Shown here in pieces: positions 38,040 through 49,918 of a stretch of DNA of 64,000 nt. Location: the NCBI RefSeq assembly GCF_964204645.1, contig NC_134032.1, positions 6,188,275 through 6,252,274 on the forward strand, in the 5' to 3' direction. How positions within the stretch are numbered: the first letter of the stretch is position 1; each line of letters begins with the position of its first letter. Below the pieces are notes generated by a model that saw only the letters and a program-made list of their open reading frames with translations, was not told the origin of the DNA and made no database searches. The position numbers were made by a program, and so were the translations under genes. The stretch comes from Tubulanus polymorphus. Its lineage: Eukaryota; Animalia; Nemertea.

Positions 38040-39297
38040 TTATATAACTATAGAATGAAATATAGCTGCACAGCAGGGATAACGGTTTCTGCCTAATTGG
38101 TTCATATCTCGAACTGGGAAGCGTACGAAGATTTCATCGAAATAATTCTAGCCCATAACATATGACTATTGCCAAGAAGCGCAACCTGGACGTATCGGCC
38201 CCACTCCGCGCGGTTGAGTGTCTTTCTTCCTGGGTCAACATTATGCTGGATATGTGGATATTAGCAATACAGTCCAAATTGTTTATGATGTCTCAGATGG
38301 AGCGCACGGGGCAGGGCCATTATATATTGCTGACTTATCCAAAATACACTTACACAGCGCAACGTCTTTCAATGTGTAAACTCTGTCGTACTCGGCATTA
38401 TAGGACAGTGAGGAATTGAATTTTAGCCACGAGCCCTTGGCTTGATTCGAGCAGAAGACCTTAAATAACTTCACAGAAATTGATTATGAGTCTAGGACTT
38501 TCTACATTTTTGAAGAATGCTTTCTCTTGTTTTGAGATTAATTAAAATTCACTCCTGAATACATTAGTAAAAAAATAGGCAAATAGGTTCTTATCTTACT
38601 GAAAGAAATTTTACTGAACACAGATTTTGAAATGAATTATGTGTCGATTGATCCAGACGAAATAATTACAGCTAAATCAACTGACGATCAACAAGGTGGA
38701 GTTTTCATTTATCTTCGGACAATTTGTCTACCCCTGATGATACAAGCATTTTGGCGACATCTTTAATTTGAAACCTCAACGCTTTATTTGCGCGCGTCAA
38801 TTAGTCAGCCACAGTCGATTTTCATGCCACCTGACCTCTTTCCACCTGTAATTAAGCAATCTAATGTAAGAATTACTCAGTAATGTAATATAATAGAGCA
38901 GTGAAAGAAAGTATTATAAATATTTAAATCGTGCGTTTGTCGTGAAACATCTATTACTACTGTCTCGCGGAGCATAGACACCGACCGTTAAGCCATGTGG
39001 AATTGGTATTTTAAGGGCTATTCGGTTTACTCCAAAACAAGTCTCTGATAAACTTTTAAAAGCTTCACATCAAGGGTATATCGTAGGACTCTTGATGCTC
39101 GTGAATTATCATCCCATAATAACAATGAATCCAATTCTGCATGTACACTAGCACGACTGATTACTGATCCAAATATTTTAAACATGACATTAGATAAAAA
39201 ACAATTACACAAAACGGCAAGTACTTACAGCATCTGAGACGCTTAATTTGAAACGTACACTTGCACACTGTGGTTTAGATATATTCCCACCAGCTGC
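38040..39297 (-). pseudogene. Family B decayed multi-exon gene, copy 1
   Basis: Roughly 80% similar by eye to 40295-41545 with shared minus-strand splice signals; peptides WLKFNSSLSYNAEYDRVYTLKDVAL|gtaagt and NYFDEIFVRFPVRDMNQLGRNRYPCCAAIFHSIVI*. Confidence 0.5.
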
Positions 39298-40294
39298 AAG
39301 AATCGCTAAAGGAATTGAAGACCGTAGTGACCAGTTCATTCCACGATTAATAGCTAGAAAGAAAGTAATCGAAATAAATAGTCGTATACATAAGTGTAAA
39401 CCAGTCCCTTACTAACTACTAAGGCTTTCCAATGGCTCTACACACTACATTAAGGGCCTAAATCTATTCTAGACGTATCCCCCAAAAAGCTAGGCATTAG
39501 GCAAGTAGGTAGCCAACAATGATCATTGCTTTGCCGAGTACTCATTTGCTATCATATGTACTAATATCATAGCAGCACCCAGTGGAAAGGCAACCTTAAC
39601 TGCAGTTAGACCAAGAAAATCATGTCTTACGTTCCCTGGTTAGTGGATTCTCACCTTAAATTGCTTAAACTATGCTGTCGTTGTCATCGATCCGAGTCGT
39701 CAAGTGAACGCGGAAGTAAAATTCCATCCGAAAATCCCTACCATTCCTGTCCATTGATTTGAGCGTAGAACTATAACGGAATATTCCGTTATAGTTCTAT
39801 GATTTGAGCCAGAAATGTAGCCAACGTAAATTGATTTACTAATAGCAGTAATCAATTGACTCATTTTAGGGATCATAGTTCATTAAAGTCCTAAAACTCG
39901 CCATAAACTTGCGATAAATTTAAGCTGAAAATTATTTCAACCATCCGCCATGTTGTCCGCAGTAAATGACGGATCCGGACTAATTGTAAGTCTGAATTTG
40001 CGATTAACGGTTGAGTTTGACGCTCGAGGTCGTCCGGTAATTTGTAGGCTTTTCGGGGTGTACTTCTATCAATGAATGACAATGCTTTGCGTTATTCTTG
40101 TCGCTGTTTAGACCCGGTAATTATACGGGATTAATTCATAATAGATTACTATACGCAAATTTGAAATGGTCAGGCGCTGAGTTAAATTTATTTAATTTAA
40201 AATTACGTTTATAAGCTGTTGGTAGTCGAATCTGAGAGGAGTTACATTTTATGAAAATTTTTTGGCTGGAAAGTGGACCATTTATAATAATAGA

Positions 40295-41545
40295 TATAGC
40301 TGCATAGCAGCGATAACGGGTTTCTGCCTAACTGGTTCATATGTTGCAATGGGAAGCGTAAAAAAGATTTCATCGAAATTATTCAAATCCGTCCATAACA
40401 TAGGACTATTTCCAAGAAGCACGACCTGGGTCAACAATATGCTGGATTATGTGGATCCAAAAAAGCTACCATGTAAAAAGTACTGATGTACCAAGTAATC
40501 AAAATGGGTTTGAAGATACCGAAGATATGGTCCCCCGGTGGCAGTTGTATCAACTTGAACCTTGTGTGTCGAGGCAGGTGGTGGCCAGAAAAAGAAATAT
40601 TTCCGGGAAAACTTTTTTGGAGACGCAAGGCATTGACTGATCAATTGTGTTGTTTTCTTTCTTAATTTACATTTGATTTGGCAGGTCATCTTGCTTAGGA
40701 GTCCGTTTGTCAAAGCATCGAAGCAACACAGTCCAACTTGTTCATGTCTTAGATGCAGCGGGCCAGGGCGGTCATTATATTGCTAACTTATCCAAATAAC
40801 ACTTACACAGCCCAACGTTTTTCAGTGTGTAAACTTTATCATAACCTGCATTATAGGACATTGAGGAATTGAATTTTAGCCATCTGAGCCCTCGGCTTGA
40901 TTCGAGCAAAAGACCTTAACTGACTTCACAGATTTTGATTACGAGTCTAGGATTTTCTAAATTTCCGAAGAATGCTTTCTCTGGTTTTAAGATCCTTTCA
41001 ATTTCAATCTTGAATACATAAAAATAAGTCAATCAAATTTACATTTTATTGAAAGAAATTCTAATGAACACAGATTTTGAACTGAATGACGTGCTGATTT
41101 ATCCAGGCGAAAAAATTACAGCAGCAAAATCAACTGATGATCAACGAGGTGAAGGTTTCATTTATCTTCAGATATTTGTCTACCCCCTGATGATACAAGC
41201 TTTTTGGCTAAATCTTTTGAAACATCAACGCCTGATCTAATCGCACCAATTAGTCAGCCACAGTCGATTTCCATGCCATCTGACCTCTTTCCACCTGTAA
41301 TTAAGGAATGAAATGTAATAATTACTCGGTTATATAATATCATAGAGGAGTGAAAGAAAGTATAATAATAGCTGATTACTTATCCAAATATTGTAAACAT
41401 GGCAACTGAAAAAATAACAATTACATAAAACGTTAGGTACTTACAGCATCTGAGACAGTTGCGCTTAAGTTACGACAATGACGAAAAAGCTTGATTTAGA
41501 ACCTACACTTGCACACTGTGGTGTAAATTTATTTCCACCAGCTGC
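40295..41545 (-). pseudogene. Family B decayed multi-exon gene, copy 2
   Basis: Candidate exons 41502-41445, 41294-~41044 and 41008-40807 (PEKAFFGNLENPRLVIKICEVS*GLLLESSRGLRWLKFNSSMSYNAGYDKVYTLKNVGL|gtaagt), plus a downstream exon with FFWPPP and TRYRCYAA. Confidence 0.5.
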
Positions 41546-41712
41546 GAGGAGTTACATTTTATGAAAAATTTTTGGCTGGAAAGTGGACCATAAATAATAA
41601 TAATAATCAACAGGAATACAAGAGGGTTTCTGCGAAAGCAGCAGAAACCCTAATAATAATCAACAGGAATACAATAGGGTTTCTGCGAAAGCAGCAGAAA
41701 CCCTAATAAATA
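41546..41712. mobile_element. Helentron/Helitron2-like terminus with tandemly duplicated hairpin
   Basis: Two 53-bp units CAACAGGAATACAA(G/T)AGGGTTTCTGCGAAAGCAGCAGAAACCCTAATAA; 41546-41600 is a direct repeat of 40236-40291. Confidence 0.6.
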
Positions 41713-41715
41713 AGT

Positions 41716-42421
41716 CAGGCCCGTACATAGGAGAGGTTCGAGAGGTTCGGACGAAGTGCCCTTTTCAAATTTTTGCCGCCTGAAAGATTACTCAAATTTA
41801 TCTCAAAAATCGGGCACATGTTGTCATCCCTATCAATCGCAAAAATAGATAAGGGCACATTTTTACAGGATGAGGCAGATAATTTTAAAGAAAAAAGGCA
41901 CGACCGTTCGTCAATCAATTCCGATAAAAAATAAGAAATGGCATTTTGTGTCGTTTTTATCAATCCCAAAACTAGGAAAGGGCATATCTTTACAAGACGA
42001 GGCAGATATTTTTCAACAAAAAGGGCCTTTCTTCGGGATTTCATGTTTAATGTATGTAAACTACATCTCAAGGCAGTTAACTTCCTAGAAAGCAATTTGC
42101 ATCAAGACTTCATTTATTGCTTGGAAATCGCACCAAAAAGCAGTAAATTTCCAAAACTTCTTTGGGAGGACCCTCAGACCCCCTCCCTCATTTTTGGTGG
42201 GTAATTTTGGTGGCTTTTTTAAAATCATTACTACAGTGGCCCATGGATCCACCCTTGTTTTGTCCATATTTCAGGAAATTGATCTAAAAACAGGTCAAAT
42301 GATAGGTCAAATATCAAAATTTTCTCACCCCGTCGGCGATCGCACATCTTGGGTGCTTTTTTGGTGACATTGCCCTTTTTTCTCCAAGTAGCACCCCCCC
42401 CCCCCTGTGCATGCGGGCCTG
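41716..42421. mobile_element. hAT-like MITE
   Basis: TIRs CAGGCCCGTACA / TGCATGCGGGCCTG. Confidence 0.75.
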
Positions 42422-42519
42422 CAAGTATACACTCATGAGACATTGAATAATTTGGAAGTTGATATTTTGGCTATTGTTGAATATTGTAAGCAAGTAAGTT
42501 GTAAGTTGTATTGTAAGCA

Positions 42520-45500
42520 TTGTATCGTTGCTTTTTGACGATGGGGCGCAACGGACGTTCATTACGTCTCAATTAGCCAAAGATTTAGGGCTTCCAATCA
42601 CTAGGAAAGAGACAGTAAGCATGTCTGTTTTTGGATCTGATAAACGTAGTACATCATTTGGATTTGGTTACATTGAATGTCCGTTGCAATGATAGCTGTG
42701 TAGTTGTAAAAGCATTGGTAGTACCCGAAATTACTCAGCCTATATCAGTGAATACTGCATTCAGAGATATTCCAGAATTTAAATCGCTGCAGTTTGCAGA
42801 CACTGTAAATTCTGACAAGATTAATGTTCAGGTGTTAATCGGGTAGGATTTTCATTATGAATTTGTGACAGGTCATATGATTGAATCGTCTGTTGGTCCT
42901 GTAGCAATTAGTTCGAAATTGGGCTATTTGGTTTGTGGTCCGGTTGGTATTTTTGCTGATCGTCCTGTAGCTGTAATGAGTGTATTAACAAGCGCAGGAA
43001 AAACGCCGGAATCAGTTGGTGATTTTTGGTCATTGGAGAACATTGGAATTATGCCAAATTCATCGTTTGATAATGATAAAGAATTTGTTACGTATTATTG
43101 CACGAATGAAAAGCATGACAATACATACTACGCTAAATTGCCATGGCGTGAAAATCATCCAGTTCTGCCGTCAAATTTTGACGTGATAGTGAATAGAACG
43201 CATTCAACTATTGATAGATTAAGGAAATCTCCTGAGATGTTGGGAAAGTATTCGGACATCATTGTTGATCGGCTTTCAAAGAATTTCATCGAAAAGGTTT
43301 CCGAATCTGAATTAGATAATTCTAATGTTAAACACTACTTGGATCATCACCCAATATTCAAACAGTCAGTGACGACGCCTGTGCGTATCGTATTCGACTG
43401 TAGATTTAGTGTAGGCGATAATCCTAGTTTAAATGACAGTTTGAATAGTGGCCCTTCGTTGTTCAATGAAATAATTCAAATACTCATGAGATTTCGCTTC
43501 GGTAAAATAGGTCTAACTGCTGATATAGAAAAAGCATTTCTACAGATTGGGTTACACCCTCGGGATCGTGACGTGACTAGATTTTTATGGCCTAAAGATC
43601 CAACCGATCCAAATTCACCCTTAGAGGTATACCGTTTTAAACGGGTTTTGTTTGGTGCGACATGCTCGCCTTTCATTTTAAACAGTACAGTTTTGTTCCA
43701 TTTACAGAATAATTTGAATTCTGTTACCAACGATTTGATACACAACATTTACATGGATAATGTAGTTTCCTTCGTAGATTATGAGGAACAGGCCTTGGAA
43801 TATTATTCACGATCGCGAGATGTGCTCGCTGAAGGTCATTTCAATTTACGTTCCTCGTCTTCGAACTGTTCTGTATTGAGGGAACACGCTCGAAGTTATG
43901 GCGTCTTAGAGAAGTCATTAACTGTAGACATTTTAGGTGTTACTTGGGATACCGAATCCGATTGTCTATCATTGAAATCTAGATCCATAAATACTCTAGA
44001 ACCCGGTAAACCTATCACGAAACGCACAGTGACGAGAGACATGAGTAAGATCTATGATCCATTAAGGGTTGTTCACCCCAGTAACTGTTAAAATAAAGGT
44101 CTTTGTTCAGAGTCTTTGGAAGGATTCTTACGACTGGGACGATCCCCTGCCAGAAGTTTTGTGTTCTCGGTGGAGAGAAATAGCTGGTGATCTAAGCAAT
44201 CTTCCAGAAATCTCGTTACCTCGATATTACTTTGCCGGTCGTGATCAAAATGCACAGCTAGAATTGTTTGCTGATGCCAGTAAATCTGCGTATGGGGCTG
44301 TTTCATATTTGAAGTGTGGTGATGAATGTATCTTGATTTCTTCTAAATCACGGGTAGCTCCTTACAAAGAAAATACTATTCCAAGGTTAGAATTAATTGC
44401 AGCATTGATAGCGTCAAGGTTGACTGATTATATTTGTACCGCTTTAAAGGCGAATGCTCCAAATATCGATGTATATATGTACACAGACAGCCAGATCGTG
44501 TTATCATGGCTTAAGTCTAAAAAGAAATTAAGTGAATTCATTAGGAATAGAGTGTATGAAATAAGATCTTTGGTTGAGAGTACACGCTGGTATTATTGTA
44601 GGTCTGATGAAAATCCTGCTGATTTGCTCACTCGAGGTGTTGATTGTTCTAAACTACGTGAGTTGTATCAATTCTGGTTCCATGGTCCAGACTGGCTAAT
44701 TAGTAATGTTAGGCCGGAGTACCTTTCGATGCCCATTGATGATTCTGAAATCCATGTTATGTCCACTGATTCTGATGCCGATGTTTTCGATGCACCGTTA
44801 CCGTTTGTTGATTATAATTGTTTTTCTTCTATTGTTAGTTTGTTACGACTGTCTTCACTGGTGTTTCGATTCATCAACAACTGCAGAGCTGGAGTTACCC
44901 CGAGGCTTCACGGTAATATTATTACCTTACTCGTTTGATAGTGTACAGAGAGCATTGTTACAACTTCCATTCTGGAGTTAATTCTACTATCGCAAAACTC
45001 AGAGAGGTCTATTGGATTCCGCAGATTCGACAACTTGTAAAGAACATACTTAAAAAATGTGTTGTATGTCGCAAATTATCATGTAAACCTTACAGGCTCC
45101 CAGATCCTCCACCCTTGCCTATATCTCGAATCACAGAAGTAACATGCTTTCATTTCACAGGCGTGGATTATCTGGGGCCTTTGTTCGTAAGATCGAAAAG
45201 TGGAGATTATGTAAAAACACACGTTTGTTTGTTTACATGCGCGGTGAGCCGTGCAGTTCATTTGGAGCTTGTGTCAGATCTTACTACAGAACAATTCATA
45301 TTAGCATTTAAGAGATTTGTGTCACGTAGGTCCGTACCTAGACAGCTCATTTCTGATAATGCATCTACGTTCACTTGTGCTAATGATATTCTGATCCGCA
45401 GAGTTTTCGACATATTCATCCCAACAAGGGATTATTTGGAAATTCATTCCAAAACGTGCCCCGTGGCACGGCGGATTTTATGAACGATTAGTAGCTTTGG

Positions 45501-46170
45501 TGAAATCATCAATTTATAAGGTGCTAGGTAGAACCTCCGTGACATTTGATGAGTTGCATACTTTAGTTACGCAGATTGAAGGTCGATTAAATGACCGTCC
45601 AATTACGTATATATCTGATGATGTACGCGACCCGGAACCTCTGACTCCGTCCATGCTCCTTTGTGGACACCGTCTTACTTCTGTTCCGGTTGCAGATTTT
45701 GATAATACTGATCCAGAGTTTCGTGTTGATAATGAGAAATTTGTGAAAAGATATAATTATTTGGATTCATTGATTACACAATTTTGGAATAGATGGAAAG
45801 GTGAATATGTGTTAAGTTTACGTGAGTTTCACCGTACTACGGGCCATTATTGTTGTGATAAGGTCGGTTCAGTAGTTCAAATTCACGATAGCGTTCCTCG
45901 TTTAAGGTGGCGTCTAGGTGTAGTTACTGAATTACATCTGGGAAACGATGGCCACGTGAGATCCGCATCTCTTAAAACATCAACCGGATTTACGAATAGA
46001 GCTATAAGTTGTTTGTATCCTATAGAGGTTTGCGCTAAGGAACCCGTAATAAGTTCTTCAGTGAGTGATGCTCCAGTAACACGTCCGAAGAGATTCACGT
46101 TTTATCAACACGTCCGAAGAGAGCAGCGGCAGTTGCAGCAGAAGCAAAAATTCGTCAACTTTCGCGCCGG
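42520..46170 (+). pseudogene. pol: BEL/Pao pol (PR-RT-RH-IN), frameshifted
   Basis: ORFs 42631-42846, 42865-44091, 44069-44938, 44935-45483, 45497-46231. Confidence 0.92.
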
Positions 46171-46343
46171 GCGGAGGAGTCGGATGATGATTAATTGCGC
46201 TCTTGAAATATTTATAATACTTGCTGTTTAAATTTAATTATTGTATGTATATCTGTATTTTTATTTGAGGTAAACTTGAATGATGTAAGAAAATGAAATT
46301 GTTATATCAATTTTGAGATTTATATATTTTGCGGCGGGAGAAA

Positions 46344-46555
46344 TGTTGAATATTGTAAGCAAGTTTATCTGTATATCCTGTTGTTACGGTTTATGGTCGA
46401 GTTAGTTCACGGTTTATTACTCACATTATTTGTACCTTATATAAATACAGTATTGGGAATAAATTTTATGTCATTTGTATCTGCGATATACGTGTGTGTG
46501 TTATTGGTCTTTGGTGCGCCCGTTTAAGGGCCCGATCGTCGCAGAGTTTTCTACA
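46344..46555 (+). repeat. 3' LTR of BEL copy 2 (212 bp)
   Basis: TGTTGAA...TTCTACA, internal TATAAA and AATAAA, preceded by PPT. Confidence 0.85.
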
Positions 46556-47104
46556 GCAATATTAATTTTTGTAATATCTTTTTGTTGCCTTATGGCTTAT
46601 TGTGACTCATTATTGACGTCGCAGGTGTACATTAACCAAAGCGAGAGGGCTTGAATACCGGTAGCGATTTCACAATGGGACAAGCTCCTGTAAGCAGGTA
46701 ATTTAGGGAACCACCCAAGGCCAAATTCTACAAAAGCAGAGACTATAATGTACATAGAAAGAATTGGCTGCGTTCTCACTACGGAAAAACTATTCAAAGC
46801 CCGACAAATAACCTGTATTTCATAAATTCCAAGCTCGGTAATAATAGTCCTAACTACGCTAATAGTTATGACGCGATCTTTGGGGAAGAGTCGGTCGCCT
46901 TCGTCATCAGTATCTGTTATGGCCGTGTCTAAGTGAAGGGATCAAGGATTTGACTGTGAAGACCTTTTGACCAGCGAGCCGCGCAGCAGCGAAGTCCGAG
47001 CGACCGGATATCGCAAGACTGGGGCGCTCAAGGGGTGTCCCTCTCGACGTTTCGAAAGTTTTGGAAAATCCTCGGGAAAATGGTGGAATATGATGGCATT
47101 TGAA

Positions 47105-47148
47105 GACACGACGTTTCGATCTCACCCTAGAAATCATCGTCAGGTGTC
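47105..47148 (-). ncRNA. Minimal type I hammerhead ribozyme (Penelope-associated)
   Basis: Minus strand GACAC-CTGACGA-T-GATTTCTAGGGTGAGATC-GAAAC-GTC^GTGTC: intact core, stem I GACAC/GTGTC, stem II closed by GAT/ATC, palindromic ACGT at helix III. Confidence 0.8.
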
Positions 47149-47149
47149 A

Positions 47150-47560
47150 AGACAACGTCGTGTCTTCTATATATTTTAGATTGAATAAATAAATTCTTGT
47201 TTTTAAATTCTTTTAATCTGTAGATAGTGGGTTTTTATCTTATTATCCGTTCGCCACGTTTGAGTTTGGTTATCGTTCTATTGGTACTTATTGTATTAAT
47301 CCCCACCTGTGCGGTCATTTTGATACCCCTCAACCAACGAATTGACCATGATATCTTCATATACCTAATAATACCGAAAGTCGTACCGGACTGCTCCGTT
47401 GTTACTGCATGTGTCGCCCTGAAAAATTTGCCCGGTGGTAGATCTCGACGTCTTTTATCGCTTGGGCATAGTTTCCAATTCTGGAGCTTATGTGGTGGGT
47501 CATTGACCAAATTTCTGTAGTTTCTCCTACTATTCACTAAGGGCGCATGGGTCTGCTGGC
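47150..47560 (-). mobile_element. Possible Penelope-like element remnant upstream of the ribozyme
   Basis: ORF 47235-47537 ends IRWLRGIKMTAQVGINT, loosely like the C-terminal WI..L.T..P.GLN motif of PLE GIY-YIG endonucleases. Confidence 0.35.
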
Positions 47561-48591
47561 ATCACTGACTTGAGACGAGACAGCCACAGTTGCCAGTTGA
47601 TACAGTACGAGTTACTGCTGCCTTTGAGACCCGGCTGCTGGGTCAGGAAACAGTTTTTCAAATGTAACAGATGATAGTAAATAAAAAAGCAACTAACCCA
47701 ACTTACTGTAACCTACGATGCACTGTTGCCGGTTCACACTCACTTACTGTAGTCAGCAGAATGATGAGCTGGACTGAAGCGTTAGCGAAGTGTGTGACTA
47801 AACTTTTTTTGTTGTTTATCTGTACCTGCTGCACCCACGGGTTCAAATCTGTACCGCATAAAATTCATACATAATGAAATGATCATATCGGTACTTTGCA
47901 CATTTTTTTGCTATCTAAAGTTCTGTTACGGCCCTCGATGGGAAGGAGAAATTTTGGGTATGATATAAAGGGACCCAGCTATCCACGCGGGCACATGTCA
48001 AGACGGTCCCGAGATCCCATATGGTCTCTACGGGCACGGGTGATCACACCACATAATAGGCCACTTTAAAATGCTCGTACTCAATTCACGTGCAATGAAT
48101 TAAAAAGTCGGAAAATCTACGTTTAGAAATCACCCGGCTTTCCAGTACTAGCAATGCTTAAATTTTTATCATACCATTAATTGAAAAACGCCTAGATAGT
48201 CGTCAATCATTTAAAAGTAGAACATTTAGATTGGATACTGATATCTAAAATAATGCATCAGAAAGTGCAGTTTGGCGTATGCATCTCTCGTCCACTTAGT
48301 ACGTACATTTTCTAAGAGACTCCCTATAAGAACCGTACGTCCATATTCCTTTCATCACTTCCCGTTCGAAATTTAGTAGAATATTTGTTTATCTCCCTCC
48401 CCAGGAAATCGTTACATATAATACTAATTGAACGTTCATCCTCGAAGTTTGTAAATCCCCTGATTTTCTTTTGGTGTTATGTATATAAGGCGAGTCTCCA
48501 GCACTGAACAAACTATGACGTCACGTTCACGTGCAATTACTCTGTTCTGCTCATAAAATATGTACATATCTATTTTTAATGCATGCAGAAA

Positions 48592-48662
48592 ATGGCGAGG
48601 TCAGTCGTTGAAGTATTTACTGCAGCTATAATAATTTCAATGCTATTCCCAGTCACCACAAG
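48592..48662 (+). CDS. Orphan signal-peptide-like exon
   Basis: tttttaatgcatgcag|aaaATG; MARSVVEVFTAAIIISMLFPVTT; donor AAG|gtcagt; no downstream exon recognised in the window. Confidence 0.45.
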
Positions 48663-49722
48663 GTCAGTATACAACTTAAGCCTGGATTTCCGTTTAAATT
48701 CACTTCTTATTGCAATCATCATTCATAATAATCTTAATTATCATTGATGTATTTATCATCATTTCTTAAACCTTGAAACCAAGCGGACATGAACGTCCAG
48801 TGTATGTACAGCCTTGCATGGCTCTTTTCAGCAGGGTCCTATAATACACTTCATATTTCTATGATCCATTTACGTAACCTAATTCAATGATGATATTATA
48901 TTTTCAAGACAAAGTTTAATAATTATTTTTAATACAATTCAATAAATACAATACAAATGGTGTTTTAGTTTCAGCCAACGATGTGCAATGCTCAAATATG
49001 ATCGACCTGTTAAAATCGATCCCATTGTCGAACATGAAAATGTCTCATCACGCCTTAGACGATCATTTCGACATAACTGATGCCTTGGAGGTAGGCTTAA
49101 AGGGCCAGGAAAAATTCTGGTCAATTTATTCTTTGTACAATCGTAAACAGACAATTCAGAAAAACGCTTTCTCATTATTGACAATTGATTGTGATCACTA
49201 CTAGATAAACCTTCTGCTATTTTGCAGGGGACCCTATCGTTAATTATCGTGAATACTTGGATTTTCTGCTACTTTGCAGAAGGCTATTGTTATTTTCATT
49301 CATGATAACTTTTTCCGCCCCTTCCAGCCAGTCAGTGTTCATAAAGTGTATATCGCCTATCAAACCGACTACTGACAGCTACTAGCGCAATGAATAATCC
49401 GCTGGCATACGTCATATCTCTAATATGTACATTCCTCCTTATTTAAGTCGTTAAATAGTACATTGTTTTACATTGTCAATGATGAATCATGAATAAATGG
49501 CATAATATCAATCGATAATATTTTGAATTTGAATATATCAGTTATTGAGTTGAATTGACCAACAACCAGTCTAGCTCAGATATATAACGCTGAAAAGATA
49601 ATTATCAGGACATGGAAATTTATCAAACACAAAAATTAAGATATGATGAAATATGTTCAATTTCAAAATAAATGCCAAAATTCACGATTGTCATTTTGAA
49701 GAAACGCCAATATTGATCATGT

Positions 49723-49918
49723 TTTCCTAAATTTTGCAGGAATATAGATAGGAACGAACTAACCCATATGATGTTCTGTACAACACTAACTCAACTTTAT
49801 TCAACGACTCAACATACACAATATAATGCCTGGTCAGGCATGAAGGAGGCTTACAGAAATAAAGGCCAAATCCAGAGTTAATACCACATACCCAATAAGC
49901 CAAACACAATTCAGGACA
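49723..49918 (-). repeat. 3' LTR of BEL copy 3
   Basis: Direct repeat of 55308-55501 (about 4 substitutions and one 2-bp indel by eye); preceded on the minus strand by GGGCCCCGGGAG. Confidence 0.95.

Larger units (their letters stand above)
42475..46555 (+). mobile_element. BEL/Pao LTR retrotransposon copy 2 (gag and most of 5' LTR deleted)
   Basis: First 20 bp of LTR (TGTTGAATATTGTAAGCAAG) at 42475 and 46344; TSD GCTAT/GCAAT; protease LFDDGAQRTFI, RT DIEKAFLQI..YMDN, RNase H FADAS, integrase GVDYLGP..SDNA; PPT GCGGCGGGAGAAA. Confidence 0.92.

Noticed and set aside
39380-39730. Possible Ngaro/DIRS RT-recombinase relic
   Set aside because: Only vague motif resemblance across frameshifts; cannot be supported
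46895-46915. Second hammerhead (CTGATGA on minus strand)
   Set aside because: No GAAA/UH core at the proper distance
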